A stretch of 48,016 bases of DNA from Lutibacter sp. (GTDB lineage: Bacteria; Bacteroidota; Bacteroidia; Flavobacteriales; Flavobacteriaceae): positions 1 through 48,016 of the forward strand of contig JAWOHJ010000073.1 in NCBI GenBank assembly GCA_046485225.1, given 5' to 3'. The translations under genes were made by a program, and so were the position numbers. How positions within the stretch are numbered: position 1 is the stretch's first letter; each line of letters starts with the position of its first letter. Shown here piece after piece: positions 40,072 through 48,016 of the stretch. Below the pieces are notes generated by a model. It saw only the letters and a list, made by a program, of their open reading frames with translations. It did no database searches and was not told where the DNA came from.

Positions 40072-40106
40072 GATATCCTATTTTGAGCCCTGAAGCTAAT
40101 CATCAT

Positions 40107-41663
40107 TTAATCCAATCCACCGCGCCTGTTTCCATCTCTTGGCGTTGGCCATTCCATTTGTTCTCCGGTTCTCGAATTGACTGGCAATATAATTTTTTCT
40201 CTTGAAGTTTTCTCTGGATCTTCGCTGGCCAAATAAGTCATAATGGCAATTAGTGCCACGTTATTCTTCAATTCATCAAACACAATCTTATCATAGGTAT
40301 CCTTATTTGTATGCCATGTATAATTAAAATAAGACCAATTTAAAGAGCTCATCATAAATGCCGGCGCACTTTGGGAAACAAAAGATGAATGGTCGGAGCC
40401 GCCGCCTGAAGGCGATCCAGGATAGGTAGTTTGAATATGTTTTCTAATATTTTCAGGAACTTCACGCAACCAACGACCCAAAAAATCATAGGAATGCAAA
40501 AATCCTTGTCCGTTAATGCTCGTTACCCTACCCGTTCCGTTATCCTGATTAAAAACCGCCTGTATATTTTCTACGATAGCCGGATTGTCGTGAACAAATG
40601 CTCTAGAACCGTTTAAACCTTGCTCCTCACTTCCCCACAAACCCACAATAATGGTTCTTTTTGGATTGGGATAATATTTTTTCAAGATACGCGCTACTTC
40701 CATCATGGTAATGGTTCCTGTACCGTTATCTGTTGCACCACTGCCGCCATCCCAAGAGTCAAAATGGGCAGAAAGGATAATATATTCTTCAGGTTTTTCC
40801 GTTCCTTCTATACGTGCAATGGTATTAAAAGTAGGCATAATTCCCAATTCTTTGGATGCTGCCACTACCTTAATCTTTGGTTTTTTGCCATTTTCTGCAA
40901 GTCGGTAAACCAAACCGTAATCTTCCAATGAGATATCTACTGTGGGAATTTTTTTTACGCGAGCCCCAAATATTTTATTTACGCCAAAACCTTTGGACCA
41001 ATTGGATTGAACAATACCAACACCACCTGCTTTTTCAAGCGCTTCATCAAGCGTTCTGGTATTGTACCCGCTCTTTAATAAATTATCATTCCAAGTGGTT
41101 GTTTGCGAAGTTCTGTCTGCTTTCATTTTTTCAAAAGATTCCGGGGTTGCAAATTCTTCCCAATTATAATCGGGTCTTCCCGTCTTTTGCGGGATTGAAA
41201 CCATGACAAATTTCCCTTTTACTGATGGCAGCCATTTCGCAAAACTCAAAGAATCTTTTATACTTACAGGAAGCATAATTACTTCTGCGGTCACGCCGTT
41301 TTTTGGTGTTGAACCACTCCAGGCCAACTGCATTCCTTCCAATGATTTTATGCGGGGTTCAACCAAATCAATGTTTGAAATGCCGCGATCCCAACCACGC
41401 CAAACCCCATATTGCTGATTTGAGGCCGATATTCCCCAATCCATAAATTTTGTGACAGCCCAATCGTGTGCGGTTTTCATTTGAGTAGACCCAACCAATC
41501 TCGGACCTATTTCATCGAGCAGTTCATAACCAAGTTGTTCCAATTGAGAATTTTCATAAGTCTCCTTCATTACACTGTCGATAAAAACTTCTTTTTGTTG
41601 CGCAAAAACTGTGGAAGTGATAAAAATCAAGAAGACTAAAACAAATAAATTTAATTTTTTCAT
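40107..41663 (-). CDS. M28-family metallopeptidase (carboxypeptidase Q-like), secreted
   Basis: SAHFDSWD, ATDNGTG, GSEEQGL, GGSDH, WHT. ATG 41663 (MKKLNLF...) preferred as start. Confidence 0.92.
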   Translation of the reverse strand: MKKLNLFVLVFLIFITSTVFAQQKEVFIDSVMKETYENSQLEQLGYELLDEIGPRLVGSTQMKTAHDWAVTKFMDWGISASNQQYGVWRGWDRGISNIDLVEPRIKSLEGMQLAWSGSTPKNGVTAEVIMLPVSIKDSLSFAKWLPSVKGKFVMVSIPQKTGRPDYNWEEFATPESFEKMKADRTSQTTTWNDNLLKSGYNTRTLDEALEKAGGVGIVQSNWSKGFGVNKIFGARVKKIPTVDISLEDYGLVYRLAENGKKPKIKVVAASKELGIMPTFNTIARIEGTEKPEEYIILSAHFDSWDGGSGATDNGTGTITMMEVARILKKYYPNPKRTIIVGLWGSEEQGLNGSRAFVHDNPAIVENIQAVFNQDNGTGRVTSINGQGFLHSYDFLGRWLREVPENIRKHIQTTYPGSPSGGGSDHSSFVSQSAPAFMMSSLNWSYFNYTWHTNKDTYDKIVFDELKNNVALIAIMTYLASEDPEKTSREKIILPVNSRTGEQMEWPTPRDGNRRGGLD

Positions 41664-41909
41664 AATGTTGTATTTCAAATATTTTTTTAATTAATTATTA
41701 AATGGTCACAAAATTTTAACTTTTCACAAATTTGAAGAGAAACCGAATACTTTTGCTTCACTTTAAATTATGCAATAATTTTACGATAAATAGATGACTT
41801 TTTCAAAAAAAAATCTTCTTTTAACAAATAATGAGGCAGATCATATTAAAAAGAAAATAAGGATTGTTTATATTTTCTTGATCTCTTTTTTTAAATAAAG
41901 AAACAAAAC

Positions 41910-41938
41910 AAAAAAACCAGGCAAATTGCCTGGTTTCC
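41910..41938 (-). terminator. Orphan intrinsic terminator, near-copy of the one at 42159-42186
   Basis: Minus strand GGAAACCAGGC-AATTT-GCCTGGTTTTTTT; no annotated gene ends here. Confidence 0.8.
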
Positions 41939-42037
41939 TTAGTAAATTAATTAGTATGTATTAGTAATTTTGCATTTTCTTAATCATTATTACAATTTTT
42001 AAATTTGTTAAATTAATCATATGCACTATCAAATATA
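41910..42037 (-). ncRNA. Candidate small RNA or micropeptide transcript (coordinates include the -7 box)
   Basis: TATATTTG at 42037-42030, about 110 nt upstream of the orphan terminator; contains a short ORF at 42020-41961. Confidence 0.4.
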
Positions 42038-42158
42038 AAGTATTTTATAATATAAATGTTCTTTATTGTAATGAATTTAATAAAGTAATAAGCTAATTTT
42101 AGGCAAATTAACTTTTATATTCAGCGTTTGAACGCACCTAAGCTAAAAATAATTCCAC

Positions 42159-42186
42159 AAAAAAACAGGCAAATTGCCTGTTTTCT
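42159..42186 (-). terminator. Intrinsic terminator of the TPR histidine kinase gene
   Basis: Minus strand GAAAACAGGC-AATTT-GCCTGTTTTTTT, about 30 nt after the stop codon. Confidence 0.85.
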
Positions 42187-42214
42187 CTATATTAATTATG
42201 ATAATTTTCTTAGG

Positions 42215-44269
42215 TTAATCTTTCCAAATTGGTAAGGTAAACTTAAACTCACTGCCTTCATTTACTTCGCTTTCCACCCAAATTTTACCGCTATGGTTTT
42301 CCACAAAATCTTTACATAAAATCAGTCCCAATCCCGAGCCCTGTTCATTTGAAGTTCCCAAAGTAGAACTTATTTCACTAATGTTGAAAATGTCAGCTAT
42401 TTCAGCTTCTGTCATACCAATGCCATTATCCATAACCGTGACTTCAACTAAATCCTTTTTCAATGATGAGTAAATTTGAATTTCTCCTTTTGGCTGCGTA
42501 AATTTTATGGCATTTGAGACAAGATTTCTAAGAATGGTGTCCAACATATTCTCATCAGCATTCACATGAATATTTTTATCAACCTTGTTTAAAATCGAAA
42601 TATCTTTATTGATGGCCTGAATTTCCAAAAATGAAATCACACCGGCAACTTGCTGCGCTAAATTTATATTTTTCGGATTAAATTTTAAATTACCTGATTG
42701 GGAACTGGCCCATATCAGTAAATTATCAAGTAAGCTTGAAACTTTCGCGGTTGATCCCTTAATTATTTTTAAAAATTTTAATCGTTTTACCGCATCATAG
42801 ATTTCATTATTTTCAATCATAAGATCGGTAAAACCTGCTATTGAATTGAACGGATTTTTTAAATCGTGGGCAATAATCGAGAAAAATTTATCTTTGGTGC
42901 TATTTAATTGTATTAGCTTATCGCTTTGCTCGTCGATCTCATCCTTCATTTTGTTCACCTGATAATTTTTATACTCAAGTAAATTATAAGCTTTTTTCTT
43001 GGATGCGTTTTGCTGAATCAATAAAATAAGCAAAAAGGCAAAAATAACCATGGCAATAATTAAAAAATTGGTATATTTTCTTTCTTTCTCATAATTTAAT
43101 TGCGCCTGTTCACTTGTTTTTGATAAATCAGTGATGGTATATTGCGATTTTTCTAATTCATTTAAGGTATTAAATAATTTAATCTTTTTTGCCCTGTCCA
43201 TTTTCAACAAGCTATCCTTAATGGCGGTATATTGTTTTAATCGTTCCAAAGCCAAAACATTGTCACCTAAACCTTCGTAGGCTCTTGAAGCCTGCAATAA
43301 ATTTTCCGACTTGTAGTCTAAATTGCCTATTAAATCCGCAATTGCATAACTTTCTCTTGCAGCATAAATTGCACTTTGATGATTTTTCCGTTTATTTTCA
43401 ACATCAGCAATATTTAAAAGCACAATAGACTGCAAATCTCTTTCACCCAAACTATCGGCAATTTTCATTGCTTTGTCAAGATATTCCTTCGCTTCCTTAA
43501 ATTGTTTTAAATTGATATAGCAATCTCCAATATTGTTATAATTGATGGCAATGCCATATTGATCATCCAATTCCTCTTCTATGGCAATAGATTTTTTATA
43601 AAAATCCAACCCTTCTTCTACTTTTCCATTGTCGGACATTGCGTTGGCAATGTTTGTATAAGAGCTTGAAATACCATATTTATTATCAAGTTTTTCATAA
43701 ATTAACAACGCATCCCTAAAATATTTTTCAGCCAAGTCGTAATTTTCTTCATTGTAATAAAGATTGCCAATGTTGGTGTAATTTGAGGCAACGCCTTCTT
43801 CATCTAAAATTTCCTTGTGTAGGTTCAACGATTTCAAATAATTTTCAATAGCCCTGTCCTCAGCATATAAAGCTGAATAATTAATGCCCAGATTATTGTA
43901 TGTACTGGCCATTCTCCGTTTATCCTTAAGTTTTTCGTAAATTACAAAAGCGGCTTGGTAATTTTTTATGGCATCTTTAAAGTTATCCATATTTTCATAA
44001 AAATAGCCAAATCTGGTATAGACTTGTGCAATTTTAGGCTGATGTAAAGATTTTTTTGCCAATTCCAAAGCTTTAGTTAAATGAACCGAGGTAGAATCTG
44101 GCTTGCCTTTCAAATATAAATTAGCAAGTTTTAAATGAATGGTTACTTTTGAAGTATCCACCATTTCTTGTTGAAGTTCCTTTTTCAATTTATTTATCTC
44201 GACGGTTTCCTGGGCCATTAAAAGCGAAGAAAACCCCAAATAAAATAAAATTATAAATCTATTTTTCAT
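42215..44269 (-). CDS. Sensor histidine kinase with periplasmic TPR repeats
   Basis: Signal peptide; repeated YNNLG/YTNIG/YNNIG TPR units; one TM segment; FFSIIAHDLKNPF; NLVSNAIKFT; DNGIG; GSGLGL. Confidence 0.95.
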   Translation of the reverse strand: MKNRFIILFYLGFSSLLMAQETVEINKLKKELQQEMVDTSKVTIHLKLANLYLKGKPDSTSVHLTKALELAKKSLHQPKIAQVYTRFGYFYENMDNFKDAIKNYQAAFVIYEKLKDKRRMASTYNNLGINYSALYAEDRAIENYLKSLNLHKEILDEEGVASNYTNIGNLYYNEENYDLAEKYFRDALLIYEKLDNKYGISSSYTNIANAMSDNGKVEEGLDFYKKSIAIEEELDDQYGIAINYNNIGDCYINLKQFKEAKEYLDKAMKIADSLGERDLQSIVLLNIADVENKRKNHQSAIYAARESYAIADLIGNLDYKSENLLQASRAYEGLGDNVLALERLKQYTAIKDSLLKMDRAKKIKLFNTLNELEKSQYTITDLSKTSEQAQLNYEKERKYTNFLIIAMVIFAFLLILLIQQNASKKKAYNLLEYKNYQVNKMKDEIDEQSDKLIQLNSTKDKFFSIIAHDLKNPFNSIAGFTDLMIENNEIYDAVKRLKFLKIIKGSTAKVSSLLDNLLIWASSQSGNLKFNPKNINLAQQVAGVISFLEIQAINKDISILNKVDKNIHVNADENMLDTILRNLVSNAIKFTQPKGEIQIYSSLKKDLVEVTVMDNGIGMTEAEIADIFNISEISSTLGTSNEQGSGLGLILCKDFVENHSGKIWVESEVNEGSEFKFTLPIWKD

Positions 44270-44470
44270 TTATTTTTTAATTGGGCACTATGAAAAAAAA
44301 CATTTAATTTGTAGTCTAGCAATTGATTTTTAACAAATTATAATAAACAAATCTAAACTAATTTTTCCGATAGAAAAAATAGAATGGTTCTATATAGTAT
44401 ATAAAATACAACAAAAGGATATTAAATGGTATAATTATCCCAATTTTAGGGTACTTGCCCCCATTTTTAA

Positions 44471-44902
44471 TTATATTTTTTTAAACATCATATAATGTTC
44501 CCCTACATGGGCAATATCAAATTTTTCACCAAAAGTTTGAAATCCTTGCTTAACATAAAAATCAACGGCAGCAATACGCGCATTGCACCATAAAAGATTG
44601 CAGTTAATTTCTTTTAAAATTTCAACTGCTTTTTGCAACATGAGTTTTCCTGCACCAAAACCCTGATATTCCACTAAAGTGGCCATTCCCCTGAGCTGGT
44701 ATTGATTCCCTTTAAAATTCTTGTTGTCTGACTTCATATAACTGGAAACCGCAATGAGTTTATCATTTTTAAAAGCACCTAAATGAATGGTTTCTGAATC
44801 AAAATCTCCATTAAATTCGTAAGGCAAAGGAATATTTTTACGCAATACTTCCAACCTTATTGGAAACGTTTCTTTCGCTGAAATTTCTTTAATTTGTATC
44901 AT
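44471..44902 (-). CDS. GNAT N-acetyltransferase
   Basis: QLRGMAT...YQGFGAG acetyl-CoA motif; LWCNAR; FYVKQGF. Confidence 0.9.
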   Translation of the reverse strand: MIQIKEISAKETFPIRLEVLRKNIPLPYEFNGDFDSETIHLGAFKNDKLIAVSSYMKSDNKNFKGNQYQLRGMATLVEYQGFGAGKLMLQKAVEILKEINCNLLWCNARIAAVDFYVKQGFQTFGEKFDIAHVGEHYMMFKKI

Positions 44903-45014
44903 TATTTTGGCTAAATTTTTTATTTATTGGATGATTAACATAATTTCGGAAACAATGCTTTTTTTGAAATTAATTTCCTACTATTGACAACCATGATGCT
45001 AATTTACTATTAAT

Positions 45015-45449
45015 ATGGAACATCTTGAAATTAAATTAATTGAGAAAGAAAATATAGTTACAATTTTGCCACTGCTGAGAGAATTGAACACAAATACACC
45101 CGAAAAAGTGCTAAAAGAACGCTTATTGGAAATGACAACACAGCATTATGAATGTGTTGGCGTGTTTTTAGATGATGAATTGGTTGGTATTAGCGGACTT
45201 TGGTTTTTAACACGTCACTACTGCGGAAAAACGGTTGAGCCTGATCATGTGGTGATTGGCAAAAATCACAGAAATAAAGGCTTGGGAAAAAAATTATTCG
45301 AATGGATTTACAATTACGCCCAAAGCATTGGCTATGAAGCCACTGAATTAAATACCTATATTGAAAATGAGAAATCGCACCGATTTTATGAAAATGAAGG
45401 TTATGAGAAAAAGGGTTTCCACTACATAAAAAAGTTTAAAAATTCATAA
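45015..45449 (+). CDS. GNAT N-acetyltransferase
   Basis: HRNKGLGKKL; ELNTY; HRFYENEGY. Confidence 0.9.
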   Translation: MEHLEIKLIEKENIVTILPLLRELNTNTPEKVLKERLLEMTTQHYECVGVFLDDELVGISGLWFLTRHYCGKTVEPDHVVIGKNHRNKGLGKKLFEWIYNYAQSIGYEATELNTYIENEKSHRFYENEGYEKKGFHYIKKFKNS

Positions 45450-45455
45450 AAAACG

Positions 45456-45486
45456 TTTGTAAAAGTCTAAAAGGATTGTATATTTG
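45456..45486 (+). promoter_or_regulatory. Canonical Bacteroidota housekeeping promoter of the tRNA
   Basis: TTTG (45456-45459), 19 nt, TATATTTG (45479-45486). Confidence 0.8.
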
Positions 45487-45496
45487 CCAAGCATTT

Positions 45497-45569
45497 GCGA
45501 GAGTAGCTCAGTTGGTAGAGCTTCAGCCTTCCAAGCTGACTGTCGCCGGTTCGAGCCCGGTCTCTCGCT
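45497..45569 (+). tRNA. tRNA-Gly (anticodon TCC); CCA not encoded
   Basis: Acceptor stem GCGAGAG/CTCTCGC; D-arm GCTC-AGTTGGTA-GAGC; anticodon arm TCAGC-CTTCCAA-GCTGA; T-arm GCCGG-TTCGAGC-CCGGT; discriminator U. Confidence 0.97.
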
Positions 45570-45570
45570 C

Positions 45571-45604
45571 AAAAAAAAGCCAAACTTTCGTTTGGCTTTT
45601 TTTT
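45571..45604. terminator. Bidirectional intrinsic terminator (tRNA and rhomboid)
   Basis: A8-GCCAAAC-TTTC-GTTTGGC-T8. Confidence 0.92.
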
Positions 45605-46247
45605 ATAAAAATCTTTTTCCGAAAAGCAACAAAAGCACAATTGGAATTCCCAATAATATGACCACCATAGAACTTTCTAAAAATACTTCGGGATAAACCA
45701 ACAACATCAACGCGTAACCGCCAACAGAACCTCCCAAATGCGCTGCATGACCAATGTTGCCCACTTTATTTTTCATTCCGTAAATAGAATACAGCAAATA
45801 ACCGATACCAAAAATATAACCGGGAATTGGAATTGGCAACGGAAACATCATCAGTTTCATATCGGGATTCAGTAAAATTGCGGCATAAATAATACCCGCT
45901 ACAGCTCCCGAAGCGCCAACAGCCGAATAATACAATTCCTTTTTATGGTAACTGAGCGTTAAAATACTTCCAGCAAGTAAACTGCCAAAATACAGAATCA
46001 AAAATTTTAAAACGCCGAGATTAAGGATAATTTGCGGAGCAAAAATATATAAAACATACATATTTAATATCAGATGCAGGTAATCCACGTGCAAAAATGC
46101 GGATGAAAACATTCTGATTTTCTCACCTCTTAAGATAGATCCGATCTGAAATTTATATTTATCAAAAAATAATTCGTCATTAAATCCTTTTATGGAAAAC
46201 ATCACATTGGCCGCAATTATGATCAACAGTACAATATCTATATTCAT
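45603..46247 (-). CDS. Rhomboid intramembrane serine protease
   Basis: FLHVDYLHLILNM, VGASG (catalytic Ser), HAAHLGG. Confidence 0.95.
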   Translation of the reverse strand: MNIDIVLLIIIAANVMFSIKGFNDELFFDKYKFQIGSILRGEKIRMFSSAFLHVDYLHLILNMYVLYIFAPQIILNLGVLKFLILYFGSLLAGSILTLSYHKKELYYSAVGASGAVAGIIYAAILLNPDMKLMMFPLPIPIPGYIFGIGYLLYSIYGMKNKVGNIGHAAHLGGSVGGYALMLLVYPEVFLESSMVVILLGIPIVLLLLFGKRFL

Positions 46248-46355
46248 TCATCTAAATTTATAAATAGCGAAAGTATAAAAAATTGCCGAGCCCGTTTCTT
46301 TGTTTAGGCGCCAATCCCAAAATATTTGAATATTTAATACGATATTTGCATACTC

Positions 46356-47240
46356 ATGGTGAATTTTATTGTTTACATATTGGTTTATCCTATCATTTGG
46401 CTCATATCCATGTTGCCATTTCGCATTTTATACGGCATTTCAGATGTTGTTTATTTGCTTGTATATTATGTAATTGGTTACCGGAAAAAAGTGGTTTTCA
46501 ATAATTTAAAACTGGTATTTCCAGAAAAATCTGAAAAAGAAATCACTGAAATCAGCAAAAAGTTTTACCATCATTTTGCCGATGTTTTTATTGAAATGAT
46601 AAAATTCTTCACGGTGCCAAAAGAAGAAGTTTTCAAAAGGTACAAATTCACCAATATTCAATTGTTTGAAGCATTGTATAAGGATGGTAAAAGTGTAATG
46701 CTAATGGGTCCGCACTATGCAAATTGGGAATGGATAATGAGTTTGGATGCTTTTGTAAAATATCGGGGATATGCGGCTTTCACCAAAGTGGCAAATCCTT
46801 ATTTTAATGAAAAAATTTTAAAATCGAGGGCAAGATTTGGTACGCATTTAGTACAGACTTCAAAGATTATTACTGAAATAAAACACAACCACAAAAATAA
46901 TATTCAGTCGATGTACGGCCTGCTGAGCGATCAATCACCACAATTGTCTAAAACATTTTACTGGCGTGAATTTTTTGGCGTAAAAGTCCCCATTCATACA
47001 GGTGCCGAAATGCTGGCAAAAAGATATGATATGAATATGGTTTATATTGAAACCAAAAAAATAAAACGGGGCTATTATGAAACTTCCTTCAGTTTAATCA
47101 CCAATGAAGCCCAAAAATTCCCCGATTATGAATTGACCGATATTTTTTTAGAGAAAGTCGAAAAGCAAGTCCGCACCCAGCCAGCATATTATTTCTGGAC
47201 ACATAAACGCTTCAAGCACAAAGACAAAGCACCAAAATAA
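46356..47240 (+). CDS. Lipid A late acyltransferase (LpxL/HtrB family)
   Basis: YRKKVVFNNL, HYANWEW, LSDQ, QPAYYFWTHKRFK. Confidence 0.92.
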   Translation: MVNFIVYILVYPIIWLISMLPFRILYGISDVVYLLVYYVIGYRKKVVFNNLKLVFPEKSEKEITEISKKFYHHFADVFIEMIKFFTVPKEEVFKRYKFTNIQLFEALYKDGKSVMLMGPHYANWEWIMSLDAFVKYRGYAAFTKVANPYFNEKILKSRARFGTHLVQTSKIITEIKHNHKNNIQSMYGLLSDQSPQLSKTFYWREFFGVKVPIHTGAEMLAKRYDMNMVYIETKKIKRGYYETSFSLITNEAQKFPDYELTDIFLEKVEKQVRTQPAYYFWTHKRFKHKDKAPK

Positions 47241-47320
47241 TGAATAATTGATTGAATTATTAAGTCGTTTAATCAAATTATTTAGTCTTTGTTCTCTATT
47301 CTCTTCTCTTTCTTCTTTAA

Positions 47321-48016
47321 TTAGCTAATAGCTTTAATTTCATTTATAAATCTGATAGCCAAATCATCGGCACTTTGTTGTGAAGTACTTTCCGTATAAA
47401 TTCTGATAATAGGTTCTGTATTCGATTTTCTTAAATGCACCCATTCGGTTTCAAAATTAATTTTTACGCCGTCAACCGTAATCACGTCTTCATTTTTATA
47501 ATTGGTTGCGATTGTGCTTAAAATGGCATCAACATTAATTTTTGGCGTTAATTCAATTTTATTTTTACTCATAAAATAAGCCGGATAGCTGTCGCGTAAT
47601 TGTTTACACGAAACTTTTGAATTTGCCAAATGCGACAGAAACAACGCAACACCAACCAATGAATCTCTTCCATAATGCGATTCCGGATAAATAATGCCGC
47701 CATTTCCTTCTCCGCCAATCACCGCGTTAGTTGCTTTCATCAATTCCACCACATTTACTTCACCAACCGCACTTGCCTGATACTTGCCGCCATGTTTTAA
47801 AGTAACATCTCTTAAAGCTCTTGACGATGACAAATTGGAAACAGTATTTCCTTTTGTTTTGCCCAACACATAATCTGCACAGGCAACCAAGGTATATTCT
47901 TCGCCAAACATAGAACCGTCTTCACAAATAAGTGCCAATCTGTCTACATCGGGATCAACTACAATTCCCAAATCGGCTTTTTCTTTAACCACCAATGCTG
48001 ATATATCGGTTAAATG
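47321..48016 (-). CDS. glmM: Phosphoglucosamine mutase / phosphohexomutase, C-terminal part (5' end off the window)
   Basis: DPDVDR metal loop, VGEVNV, GGEGNGG, RKSNTEPIIRIY; the frame stays open to the window edge. Confidence 0.85.
   Translation of the reverse strand, partial: HLTDISALVVKEKADLGIVVDPDVDRLALICEDGSMFGEEYTLVACADYVLGKTKGNTVSNLSSSRALRDVTLKHGGKYQASAVGEVNVVELMKATNAVIGGEGNGGIIYPESHYGRDSLVGVALFLSHLANSKVSCKQLRDSYPAYFMSKNKIELTPKINVDAILSTIATNYKNEDVITVDGVKINFETEWVHLRKSNTEPIIRIYTESTSQQSADDLAIRFINEIKAIS

Noticed and set aside
42955-44200. Repetitive-looking sequence in the kinase gene (and in the HTCS sensor) as a DNA repeat or CRISPR array
   Set aside because: These are degenerate protein-level TPR and beta-propeller repeats; there is no repeat-spacer pattern and no cas gene.
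44471-45604. tRNA-Gly as an island integration site, or the GNAT pair as a toxin-antitoxin module
   Set aside because: No integrase and no duplicated tRNA 3' end seen; the native terminator follows directly. The GNATs are divergent and lack an adjacent antitoxin-like gene.
45476-45696. Two short ORFs in the track
   Set aside because: They overlap tRNA-Gly and its terminator.

Overview
AT-rich Bacteroidota (Flavobacteriaceae-like) chromosomal window. About 39 kb (1-38933) is one polysaccharide utilization locus (PUL), cut off at the left edge. Its minus-strand arm is HTCS, then susC-susD-GH128/CBM lipoprotein-sulfatase-GH136-like beta-helix; the last gene is missing from the ORF track. Its plus-strand arm carries three more sulfatases, three GH2, a CBM-GH29, a Na+/solute symporter coupled to an uncharacterised FAD oxidoreductase, two esterases and a GH43_24, followed by galM-galK-galT. 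The susC, sulfatase-operon and gal-operon promoters share one architecture: two 21-bp direct repeats, a 19-nt gap, then the Bacteroidota -7 box. This ties the Leloir genes to the PUL and points to a sulfated, possibly acetylated, galactose-rich glycan rather than the beta-1,3-glucan expected for GH128. The right part holds a lipoprotein, an M28 peptidase, an orphan TPR histidine kinase, two GNATs, tRNA-Gly(TCC), a rhomboid, an LpxL-type acyltransferase and a partial glmM. A candidate small RNA/micropeptide unit with a duplicated terminator lies downstream of the kinase. No mobile element or CRISPR array was seen. Family assignments come from motif recognition, not database searches.
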